Positions 44,361-52,901 of a stretch of 64,000 nucleotides of DNA are shown here, one piece after another. The notes beneath the pieces are model-generated. The model was not told the DNA's origin and did no database searches. It saw nothing but the letters and a program-made list of their open reading frames with translations. The stretch's first letter is position 1, and the number at the start of each line of letters is the position of its first letter. Source of the DNA: an uncultured Acidimicrobiia bacterium. Its GTDB lineage: Bacteria; Actinomycetota; Acidimicrobiia; Spongiisociales; UBA5794. The stretch lies in contig CAVWXP010000019.1 in NCBI GenBank assembly GCA_963759175.1, positions 49,749 to 113,748 on the forward strand. The letters run 5' to 3'. The position numbers and the translations under genes were made by a program.

Positions 44361-45127
44361 ACCGTGCTGGCTCTCACGCGGTAGTCGTCATATCCGGATG
44401 CCTCGATCCGGTCGGCGAGGGCGGCGTCCCCGGATTCGACGATGGCGCCGTCCACGAACACATGCACCACGTCGGGTGTGATGTAGTCGAGCATCCGCTG
44501 GTAGTGCGTGATGATGAGGAACCCTCGTTCCGGCGTCCGCAACCGCTCGACACCCTCGGCGACGATCTTGAGGGCGTCGATGTCGAGTCCCGAATCCGTT
44601 TCGTCGAGGACGGCGAACTCGGGTTCGAGGACGGCCATCTGGAGGATCTCGTTGCGCTTGCGTTCACCGCCCGAGAACCCCTCATTGAGATACCGGTCGG
44701 CGAACGATGGATCCATCCCGAGCTCGGTCATGGCTTCGGCGACCTTCAGACGGAGCTCGAGCACCGTGTAGTCAGTATCGGATTTGTTCGACAACGCGGT
44801 GCGGAGGAAGTTCACCACGGACACGCCGGGGATCTCCTCGGGATACTGGAAGCCGAGGAACATGCCGGCCTGGCCCCGCTCCTCGGGAGCGGCTTCGGTG
44901 ATGTCCTCGCCACGGTAGGTGATCGACCCGGACGTGACCTCGTAGGAGGGATGACCGAGGAGGACGTTGGCGAGGGTCGACTTGCCGCTGCCGTTGGGTC
45001 CCATGATGGCATGGGTCTCACCGCGTCGGATGGTCAGGCTGACGCCCTTGAGGATCTCGGTGTCGTCGACGGACGCATGGAGGTCGTCGATCTCGAGGAG
45101 TGGCTGGTCCTGGGGAGTTTGCAACAT
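44357..45127 (-). CDS. sufC: Fe-S cluster assembly ATPase SufC (paralogue 2)
   Basis: GPNGSGKS, FQYPEEIPGV, NEGFSGGERKRNE, LDETDSGLD, ITHYQR. Confidence 0.95.
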   Translation of the reverse strand: MLQTPQDQPLLEIDDLHASVDDTEILKGVSLTIRRGETHAIMGPNGSGKSTLANVLLGHPSYEVTSGSITYRGEDITEAAPEERGQAGMFLGFQYPEEIPGVSVVNFLRTALSNKSDTDYTVLELRLKVAEAMTELGMDPSFADRYLNEGFSGGERKRNEILQMAVLEPEFAVLDETDSGLDIDALKIVAEGVERLRTPERGFLIITHYQRMLDYITPDVVHVFVDGAIVESGDAALADRIEASGYDDYRVRASTV

Positions 45128-45157
45128 GGTGGTGAGTGTAATGCGTGCTGGATTCGG

Positions 45158-46090
45158 TTACGACGTCAGGGCGTCGAACACGACGGCCATGGCGTCGAGG
45201 TCGACATCGTCGAGGGCGGCGTACTCCTGCACGTAGTACCTGCCGACACCGGCATCCGCCATCCGGTCGACGGCGGCGCGAGCCATCGGTGGTGTCCCGT
45301 GCGGTACGAATCGTGCGGTCAACATGGCTGCGTAGTCCTCGGTGGCCATGTCACGCCGCGTTGCCCGCGCCGACAGCTCGGTGCGGTAGCGGTCCTCGTC
45401 TGCGAACACCAACGCCGGACCGGCCATCGACACCAGGATCGACGCCGGATCGCGGTCGGCGTCCCTGGCTGCCGTCCTCATCACGGCGGTGCGAGCTTCG
45501 AGCGTCGCGGCGTCGGTCACGAACATGTTGTATTCGTCGGCATAGGTCCCCGCCAGGGTGGGGGTCTTCTTCGGGCCCCCGCCACCGACCACGATCTGGA
45601 GGCCATCACTGCCGGTCGGTGCGACATCGCTGCGACGCAGCGAGTAGTGGCTCCCCGTGGTCTCGCCGCGTCCGTCGAACACCGAGCGGATGTAGGCCAG
45701 GGCCTCCTCCAGCCGCTCGAATCGTTCCTTGAGCACGGGGAGGTCGAGGTCGAAGGCCTCGTGCTCGGATTCCATCCACCCGGTACCCACACCGAGGGTG
45801 AAACGCCCCTCGGAGATCTCGTCGATGGTCGTAGCCGTCTTGGCCATCACGGCGGGATGACGGAAGGTGATGGGGGACACGAGCGTGACCAGTCGGATGC
45901 GGGACGTCTCGACGGCGACGGCAGCGAGCGAAGCGAGTGCGTCGGTGGCGTGTGCAGAGTCGGCCATGTTGAGGTAGTGATCCGAACGGGCGAAGGCCGC
46001 GAGACCGTTGTCCTCGGCCCATTGGGCGAGCTCGACGAGGCGACGGTGCGTTCCGCCCACCTGGGGTTCCACGAACAGGCCGAATTCCAT
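45158..46090 (-). CDS. LLM class flavin/F420-dependent oxidoreductase
   Basis: EPQVGG, RSDHY, LVSPITFRHP, GVGTGW, GGGGPKKT. Confidence 0.88.
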   Translation of the reverse strand: MEFGLFVEPQVGGTHRRLVELAQWAEDNGLAAFARSDHYLNMADSAHATDALASLAAVAVETSRIRLVTLVSPITFRHPAVMAKTATTIDEISEGRFTLGVGTGWMESEHEAFDLDLPVLKERFERLEEALAYIRSVFDGRGETTGSHYSLRRSDVAPTGSDGLQIVVGGGGPKKTPTLAGTYADEYNMFVTDAATLEARTAVMRTAARDADRDPASILVSMAGPALVFADEDRYRTELSARATRRDMATEDYAAMLTARFVPHGTPPMARAAVDRMADAGVGRYYVQEYAALDDVDLDAMAVVFDALTS

Positions 46091-46101
46091 GGCGGGCTCC
46101 T

Positions 46102-46725
46102 TCACCAACGGCGTGTGATCCACGCACCCAGCGACGGTCGTTCGGCGCCGATGGTCGTCGGTTGGCCGTGACCCGGCAACACGACGGTCTCATCGGGGAG
46201 GGCGAACAACTGCGTCCGGATCGACGTGATGATCTCGTCGAAGGAACTGTAGGGGAACCGGGTTGCACCGGGACCGCCGGGGAACAGGGTGTCGCCGGTC
46301 AGGATGACACCGTCAGCGATCACGCACACGGATCCGGGGGTGTGACCGGGTGTGTGGACGATCGACAGGCTCGTGGCGCCGACGTCGAACACCCCAACAT
46401 CGAGGTGGCGGTCCGGCTGCTTGCCTGCGATGTCCACGTCGAGCGCGTGGAGCAGGAAGGGCGCATCGAGTGCCTGTGACACGTCGGGGATGGCGCCGTG
46501 ATGGTCGCCGTGTCCGTGGGTCGTGACGATCGCACGGACATCGACGTCCTCGACGGCCCGGAGGATTGCTACTGCCTCATCGGCCGCATCGACGATGACG
46601 GCGGAGCGGCTCGCCTCGTCGCGGATCACATAGACGTTGTTGTCGAGCGGTCCGACCACGAGGCGATCGATGCGGAACCCCTCCCCGACGTGTGCGGGGA
46701 TCGGGCCGGGTGCGGCGTGACTCAC
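46102..46725 (-). CDS. MBL fold metallo-hydrolase (glyoxalase II-like)
   Basis: THGHGDH, HTPGHT, TGDTLF, PGHG. Confidence 0.9.
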   Translation of the reverse strand: MSHAAPGPIPAHVGEGFRIDRLVVGPLDNNVYVIRDEASRSAVIVDAADEAVAILRAVEDVDVRAIVTTHGHGDHHGAIPDVSQALDAPFLLHALDVDIAGKQPDRHLDVGVFDVGATSLSIVHTPGHTPGSVCVIADGVILTGDTLFPGGPGATRFPYSSFDEIITSIRTQLFALPDETVVLPGHGQPTTIGAERPSLGAWITRRW

Positions 46726-46728
46726 GGC

Positions 46729-47373
46729 CTATTGGAGGGTGCTGAGGATCTCTTCGAACTGCGCTGTTTCGAGGAGACCGGACGTGCGAAGCGCCACCGT
46801 TCCGTCCGAGTTGACGAAGACCCAGTAGGGGAACCCTCCGGCGCCGTAGTCGATCAGGACCGAGTTCTCGGCATCATCCCTGATCACCGGGGCTGTCCAG
46901 CCCTCGCCCTCGAGCCATGCGCTCGGTGGGTAGTTGTCCCTGCCCGAGCTCATCGACGTCGATACGGAGTACAGATCGACATCGGGGTCGCCGCCGGTCT
47001 CATCGACCCACGCCTGGACGTTGGGGACCTCCTGCTGGCAGAACTGGCACCAGTGGGCGAGGAACACGATGCCCTTCGCCCTGCCATCGCCGTTGTCGAT
47101 CGTGACCGTGTCGCCGTCGAAATCCTGGCCTTCGACGTTCGGAGCGGGGAACCCGGTAGCCGTGACGTCGATGGATTGGTTCGGGGGCATGAGCGGGAGG
47201 CGTTGTCCCTCGACCGTCGGTTCGCCGTATTCGGCGCCGACCTCGGTGTTCCCGAAGACCACGGCGGCGATCAGGAGCACGACGACGAGCCCACCGGCGG
47301 CACCGAGGATGATGCCGGTGGTGTTGCGCTCTTTGGTCGGTTGCTTCGGGGTCTTCGCCTTGGTGTCCGCCAT
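46729..47373 (-). CDS. Membrane-anchored TlpA-like thioredoxin-fold protein
   Basis: N-terminal TM segment, AHWCQFC, GFPY cis-Pro loop. Confidence 0.85.
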   Translation of the reverse strand: MADTKAKTPKQPTKERNTTGIILGAAGGLVVVLLIAAVVFGNTEVGAEYGEPTVEGQRLPLMPPNQSIDVTATGFPAPNVEGQDFDGDTVTIDNGDGRAKGIVFLAHWCQFCQQEVPNVQAWVDETGGDPDVDLYSVSTSMSSGRDNYPPSAWLEGEGWTAPVIRDDAENSVLIDYGAGGFPYWVFVNSDGTVALRTSGLLETAQFEEILSTLQ

Positions 47374-47438
47374 GGGGTCCTCGCTCGATTCGGGTGTCGG
47401 GGTCTCGGTGCCGTGATCGTTGTGTCGCCGAGCCGTTC

Positions 47439-48023
47439 TCAGTCGTCGATGGTCGGGGCGGGCTCGGTCGATGCCGGGAAGCTTGGTACGGCTCGTGCGC
47501 TATTGACGCGGTCGGCGTAGAGCAGGGCGAGGATGAGGAGGAACCCCGACAGCGCCATGTAGGGGATCGTCACGAACCCGAACTGCTTGATGAGGGGGGA
47601 CGAGCATGAGGGGCCGAACGCCGAGCACGTTCCGGTGTCGAGGGAGGGGAAGGCCTGGAGGAGTCGGTGGTAGAAGGCGATGCCCGCCCCGATCGTGGCC
47701 AGCACGCCGGCGTAGACGCGCACCGATCCGTCCTTGAGGAACGCACCGATCGGGAGGATCACGGCGAGCGGGTACATGGCGATGCGCTGGTACCAGCACA
47801 GCTTGCACGGGATGAGTCCGACGGACTCGGAGAGGTACAGGCTTCCGACGGTCGCGATCAGCGCCACTCCGGCCGCCAGCCACAGGGTTGCTCCTCGCAA
47901 CAGTTCGAAGGGACTCGTCGACCGGTTCCGCCCGACGATGGCCACGACGATGATCCCGATCGTCGCCACGTTGGCGGCGAGGGCAGCCAGGGCGAAGAAG
48001 GTTCGCATCGTCTCGAAGGCCAC
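47439..48023 (-). CDS. dsbB: Disulfide bond formation protein (DsbB/BdbC family)
   Basis: GSLYLSE..PCKLCWYQRIAMYP, second Cys pair, FGFVTIP. Confidence 0.88.
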   Translation of the reverse strand: MAFETMRTFFALAALAANVATIGIIVVAIVGRNRSTSPFELLRGATLWLAAGVALIATVGSLYLSESVGLIPCKLCWYQRIAMYPLAVILPIGAFLKDGSVRVYAGVLATIGAGIAFYHRLLQAFPSLDTGTCSAFGPSCSSPLIKQFGFVTIPYMALSGFLLILALLYADRVNSARAVPSFPASTEPAPTIDD

Positions 48024-48098
48024 GGAGCTCCTCGCCGGTTGGTGCCCGCAAGCTACCAGTCGCCTGGAAGTAGCAGGTGGCTTCCTAGGCTCTGCGCC

Positions 48099-48518
48099 AT
48101 GAGCGGACCGCTGTTCTTCGCTGTGTTGATGGCGCTGGTGCTCGCCTTCGGCGTCGCCATGTTCTGGCAGGAGTCCAAACGGATGCGCCAGAACGCTGCC
48201 ATCTACGGCGTTGACGACTCGATCGAGTGGATCTGGGACGGTCTCGGCGACGACAAACGGGATCTGCGCAAGAGCGACGTGCGACGGATCCTCGAATGGG
48301 AGATGCACTATCTCCAGCAGCCGGACGTGTGGAAGGCCGATGGTGCCGCGGTCGTCGGGGGGCTCGGAGCGGCCACGTACGTCCAGGAGCAATCCCTCGC
48401 GCAGGGACATGCCTACTCGCCGGAGCAGATCTTCGCCGTGTTGGATCTCCAGGCCACCTACCTCGAGGCGATCGGGGCCATCGGTGACCCCGTCGAGACC
48501 GATGGGACCGACGCCTGA
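48099..48518 (+). CDS. Hypothetical protein with N-terminal TM helix
   Basis: ORF 7 nt after TAGGCT; GC-frame codon pattern; YLEAIGAIG near the end. Confidence 0.7.
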   Translation: MSGPLFFAVLMALVLAFGVAMFWQESKRMRQNAAIYGVDDSIEWIWDGLGDDKRDLRKSDVRRILEWEMHYLQQPDVWKADGAAVVGGLGAATYVQEQSLAQGHAYSPEQIFAVLDLQATYLEAIGAIGDPVETDGTDA

Positions 48519-48571
48519 ACCCGTTCGCCGACCACGATCACTATCAGGGACCCATCCATACACTGCCGCGC

Positions 48572-49054
48572 ATGTCCACCCTCCGTCTCTCATCCATGTG
48601 GCTCGCCGTCCTCGCCATCGTGGCGACGATCGGCCTCTCGGCTTGCGATTCGAGCGATTCCGGGACCACACCGACCGTTGCGCCCGAGACGACCACCACC
48701 GCGGTGTCCGGCGGCGATGACGATCCCGTCGTCTTCGGTCGCGGTGAGCTCCCGGCCACCGTGCCGAGCGGGTTCCCCATTCCGGCGGAGGCCGTGGTCG
48801 GGACGACGATGATCGATCGCATCAACGATGTCACCGAGATCTCGCTGACCTATCCCACGACGGTCGTCGCGGTCGTCGACTACTTCGAGGCGAACCTGGT
48901 GGCGGTCGGATACTCGGTCGACGAGTCGGCCGGTACCGATGGCGACTGGACGATCACGTTCAGCCACTCCGACGGACCCGGCGGGACGATCCGCGTCGTG
49001 ACCGCCGGCAGTGGCGTGTCCCAGGGTGCGATACGATTCGTCGCCACCAGCTGA
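48572..49054 (+). CDS. Hypothetical lipoprotein
   Basis: Lipobox LSAC, Thr-rich linker, P..FPIP motif; ATG 7 nt after TACACT. Confidence 0.75.
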   Translation: MSTLRLSSMWLAVLAIVATIGLSACDSSDSGTTPTVAPETTTTAVSGGDDDPVVFGRGELPATVPSGFPIPAEAVVGTTMIDRINDVTEISLTYPTTVVAVVDYFEANLVAVGYSVDESAGTDGDWTITFSHSDGPGGTIRVVTAGSGVSQGAIRFVATS

Positions 49055-49073
49055 CGAGCGACAGGAGTTCGTG

Positions 49074-49292
49074 ATGGCGCGACTTGCCCGCTTCGGGAGC
49101 CACCGCTACGTCGGGACCCGCGATGACATGCGGTACTACGACTGTGATGATGACGCGCAGTTCGCCGTCCTGGCAGCCAGGGTGGACTCCGAGGACCTCC
49201 TCACCCACAAGGTGCTCCAGGGATTCGGTCCCGACGATCCCTCGGAGGCCCGCAATCGCGGCTTCCGGGCAGCTCACGTCACGGGGCGATAG
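49074..49292 (+). CDS. Small hypothetical protein (72 aa)
   Basis: AGGAG RBS; MARLARFGSHRYVG...FGPDDPSEARNRGF. Confidence 0.65.
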   Translation: MARLARFGSHRYVGTRDDMRYYDCDDDAQFAVLAARVDSEDLLTHKVLQGFGPDDPSEARNRGFRAAHVTGR

Positions 49293-49914
49293 CGGCGATC
49301 ACATCGCTGGCGACGCGGTCGTATCGACCGATGAAGAAGTGATCGGCCGTTTCATACCGTACGACCGATGCCTCGATGGCCGCTGCATACCCCGTGAGGG
49401 CGTCGATGTCGACGAACTGGTCCCGTGCACCGATGATGAACGTCCGGTCTGCGGGTTCGGTCACGAGCGCTGGCATGGGTAGCTGTGGTGAAAGGGGACT
49501 GTCCACCGGTGGGGCGATTCCCACATAGGCGATCGTCGATGCAGCCACCGTGTGCCACGCCAGCGCCGTCGCGGCGCCGAAGGACCATCCCGTGATGCCG
49601 ATGACCGGCGTGCCGACGTCCTCCATCGCGGCGACCGCGGCAGCGACGTCGTTGAGCTCTGCAACGCCGTCCCCGTGGATGCCCGTGGAGTCGCCAACGC
49701 CCCGGAAATCGAACCGGAGCACATCGAATCCGGCGCTCGTCGCCGCGGCGGTGATCGCTTCGAGGAGTGGGTGGCGCATGGTGCCACCGTGCTCGGGATG
49801 TGGGTGGCAGACGACGATCGCACCGGATGCCCCTGGTCGAAGGTCGAGCAGTGCCCCGAGACGTTCTCCATCGACGGTCGGGATGGTGATGGCCCTTCGT
49901 GCGGTACCGGTCAC
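49279..49914 (-). CDS. Alpha/beta hydrolase
   Basis: CHPHPEHGGTM, RFDFRGVG, GWSFG, ADHFF; GTG overlaps the upstream TGA. Confidence 0.88.
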   Translation of the reverse strand: MTGTARRAITIPTVDGERLGALLDLRPGASGAIVVCHPHPEHGGTMRHPLLEAITAAATSAGFDVLRFDFRGVGDSTGIHGDGVAELNDVAAAVAAMEDVGTPVIGITGWSFGAATALAWHTVAASTIAYVGIAPPVDSPLSPQLPMPALVTEPADRTFIIGARDQFVDIDALTGYAAAIEASVVRYETADHFFIGRYDRVASDVIAAIAP

Positions 49915-49997
49915 AACGTCGTGAACCACATCGCCGTCGCGGCGAGGATGAGGAGGCCGGTTGCCAGCGACGCGAGGATCAGATAACGGGTTTGCAC
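49911..49997 (-). CDS. 28-aa single-pass membrane peptide
   Basis: MQTRYLILASLATGLLILAATAMWFTTL; GTG 6 nt after TACGCT; stop overlaps the next start. Confidence 0.6.
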   Translation of the reverse strand: MQTRYLILASLATGLLILAATAMWFTTL

Positions 49998-50126
49998 CGT
50001 GCAAGCGTATCGGTGGCGGGAATGAAGGCTGCGGGATGTCGGATTCGGGTGCGGGCTGGCTCGCGGAGTGCGTGAAATGTCGTGGCTAACCTTCACAGCG
50101 TCCATCGATCGGGAACAGGTAGCACC

Positions 50127-51500
50127 ATGTACGACATCGTCATCATCGGGGGAGGGCCCGGCGGATACGCCTCTGCCCTCTACGCCCACAACTTCGGGCT
50201 GAAGGTGGCGCTCGTCGAGAAGGACAGGGTCGGCGGAACCTGCCTGTTGCGCGGCTGCATACCCGCAAAGGCGTGGATCGAGAGCGGAGGGGTCTACGCC
50301 ACGGTGCAAGGCGCCGAGGAGTTCGGCGTCATCACCTCCGAGCCCGAATTCTCGTGGCCGAAGGCGCTCATACGCAAGCAGAAGGTGGTCGAGGGCCTGG
50401 TGAAGGGCCTCTCTGGCACGCTCAAGGCTCGCGGCGTGGACATCATCGAGGGTCATGGACGGTTCACCGGTCCGGGGACCGTGGCCGTCGAGCAGGCCGA
50501 CGGTGCCGTCATGGAACTCCAGGGACGCTCGATCATCCTGGCAAGCGGCTCCGCCCCAGCCACGATCCCCGGATACGAGATCGATGGAACACGCATCGTG
50601 ACCAGCGACGAGGCACTGGACTGGGACGATCAGCCTGCGAGTGTGGCGATCATCGGCGGAGGTGTCATCGGCAGTGAGTTCGCATCGTTCCTCGGTGAGG
50701 TCGGGACCAAGGTCCACCTCTTCGAAATGGAGGACCAGCTGGTACCGGGCATGGAGCCCGAAGCGGCCAAGGTCCTCCAGCGCGCGTTCCGCAAACGCAA
50801 GATCGATGTGCACCTCGGTGTCGCCGTGGGATCACCTGCGGTCGGCGACGACGGCGTCACGGTGCCCTTCGGGGAGGATGAGGTGCACGTCGAGACCGTG
50901 CTCATGGCCGTCGGGCGTCGCCCCGTGACCGACGACGCGGGCCTCGATGCCGTGGGCGTCACCACCGATCGCGGATACATCAGCGTCGATCCCGCGACCA
51001 TGGAGACCACCACCCCGGGCGTGTACGCCGTCGGCGACATCGTCGCAGGTACTCCCCAGCTCGCCCATGTGGCCTTCGCGGAGGCGATCGCCGCCGTCAC
51101 CCACATCGCAACGGGCGAGGTCGCGGCCGTGGACTACAACGCGATCCCCATGGTCGTGTACAGCCATCCCGAGATCGGCTGGGTCGGCAGGACCGAAGCC
51201 GTGGCCCGAGCGGAGGGCATCGACGTCGAGGTCGCAGAGCATGCCATGCGCGGCGTGGGGCGCGCCATCATCCAGGGCACCATCGACGGCACCGTCAAGG
51301 TGGTCACCCAGGTCGACGGTCCCATCATCGGAGCGACGGTCGTCGGCCACGGTGCAGGCGAGATGGTCCACGAGCTCATGTACGCCGTGGGCTGGGAGGC
51401 GCTCCCTGCCGAGGCAGCGGCGTTCATCCATGCCCATCCCACGATCTCGGAGGCGATCGGTGAGACCCTGATGGCCTCGACCGGACGCCCCCTGCATTGA
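50127..51500 (+). CDS. lpdA: Dihydrolipoyl dehydrogenase
   Basis: GGGPGGY, GGTCLLRGCIP, GGGVIG.E, HAHPTISE. Confidence 0.95.
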   Translation: MYDIVIIGGGPGGYASALYAHNFGLKVALVEKDRVGGTCLLRGCIPAKAWIESGGVYATVQGAEEFGVITSEPEFSWPKALIRKQKVVEGLVKGLSGTLKARGVDIIEGHGRFTGPGTVAVEQADGAVMELQGRSIILASGSAPATIPGYEIDGTRIVTSDEALDWDDQPASVAIIGGGVIGSEFASFLGEVGTKVHLFEMEDQLVPGMEPEAAKVLQRAFRKRKIDVHLGVAVGSPAVGDDGVTVPFGEDEVHVETVLMAVGRRPVTDDAGLDAVGVTTDRGYISVDPATMETTTPGVYAVGDIVAGTPQLAHVAFAEAIAAVTHIATGEVAAVDYNAIPMVVYSHPEIGWVGRTEAVARAEGIDVEVAEHAMRGVGRAIIQGTIDGTVKVVTQVDGPIIGATVVGHGAGEMVHELMYAVGWEALPAEAAAFIHAHPTISEAIGETLMASTGRPLH

Positions 51501-51560
51501 ACGAACGGAACCACGGCGAGACCCCCAACGTCTCGATCGGTAGAAGGAGCTGAAGCGCTG

Positions 51561-52901
51561 ATGTCGGTAACGATTTCCATGCCCCAACTCGGTGAAACGG
51601 TCACCGAGGGCACGATCCTCGAGTGGGTGAAGCAGATCGGTGAGCATGTCGCCGAGGATGACATCCTCGTTGAGATCTCGACCGACAAGGTCGACACCGA
51701 GGTGCCCTCGCCCGCGTCAGGGATCCTGACGGAGATCCTCGTCCCTGCCGGCGAGACGGTCGCCGTCGGAACGGCCCTGGCGATCCTCAGCGACGTCGAC
51801 AGCGAAGGCTCGGCCCCGGCTGCCTCACCTGCCCCACCCGACGAGGTCGAGGTCCTGGACGTCGCCGTCACCGAGGTGACATCGGCACCCACCGCCGTCG
51901 CCGCAACTGCTCCCTCCGCCGCCACTGCCCCACCTGCCGCTGCCGGTGGCGATACGAGCCGTCGGTCGGTGCTGTCCCCGGTCGTGCGAAAGCTCGCCGC
52001 CGACAACGGAGTCGACCTGGCGATGGTGCCCGGCTCCGGCGATGGCGGTCGTATCACCCGCAAGGACGTCGAGGCATTCATCGCTTCCGGGTCCCGGGGT
52101 GCGCCGACCCCCGCTGCTGCCGCCCCCGCCGCCGCACCGGCGACCTCCGCACCGGCGGCGCCGGCACCCATGGCTCCCGCAGGGGCCGAGGTCCAGGAGA
52201 TCCCCCGCCTACGCCAGCGCATCGCCGCCAACATGCGCAACGCCAAGGACACCGCGGCCCATGTGTGGACGAGCGTCGAGGTCGACTTCGAGAACGTCGA
52301 GCGGGTGCGACAGGCCCACAGGGCGTCGTTCAAGGCATCCGAGGGGTACTCCCTGACGTATCTGCCCTTCATCGCACGGGCGACGATGGATGCCCTGAAC
52401 GCCTATCCGGTGGTCAACTCGCGATTCGAGCTCGATGCCGGCACGTGGACGTTCAATCGAGGTGTCAATCTGGGCATCGCCGTGGACCTGAACCAGGAGG
52501 GCCTCGTCGTCGTGAACATCAACGGTGCCGACGGCCTCACCCTCAAGGGCCTGGCGCGATCGATCCGATCGATGGCGGTTGCGGCCCGAGACGGCAAGGT
52601 CGGTCCCGACGACCTCACGGGCTTCACGTTCTCGATCACGAATCCCGGTCCGTTCGGTTCATTCATGTCGGCGCCGATCATCCCCGTCCCCAACGCCGCG
52701 ATCCTCTCGACCGACACTGTCACGAAGAAGCCGGTCGTCGTCGAGATGCCCGATGGCTCCGACGCGATCGCGATCAGGCACATCGGGTACCTCGGGCTGA
52801 GCTGGGACCACCGGGTGTTCGACGGATCCACCGCCGTGTTGTTCCTCGATCGGATCAAGGAGAACCTCCAGTCCTGGGATTGGGAGCAAGAGCTGTCGTG
52901 A
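51561..52901 (+). CDS. 2-oxoacid dehydrogenase E2 (dihydrolipoamide acyltransferase, DlaT/SucB-like)
   Basis: Lipoyl domain STDKVDTE, E3-binding SPVVRKLA..GRITRKDV, DHRVFDG. Confidence 0.93.
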   Translation: MSVTISMPQLGETVTEGTILEWVKQIGEHVAEDDILVEISTDKVDTEVPSPASGILTEILVPAGETVAVGTALAILSDVDSEGSAPAASPAPPDEVEVLDVAVTEVTSAPTAVAATAPSAATAPPAAAGGDTSRRSVLSPVVRKLAADNGVDLAMVPGSGDGGRITRKDVEAFIASGSRGAPTPAAAAPAAAPATSAPAAPAPMAPAGAEVQEIPRLRQRIAANMRNAKDTAAHVWTSVEVDFENVERVRQAHRASFKASEGYSLTYLPFIARATMDALNAYPVVNSRFELDAGTWTFNRGVNLGIAVDLNQEGLVVVNINGADGLTLKGLARSIRSMAVAARDGKVGPDDLTGFTFSITNPGPFGSFMSAPIIPVPNAAILSTDTVTKKPVVVEMPDGSDAIAIRHIGYLGLSWDHRVFDGSTAVLFLDRIKENLQSWDWEQELS

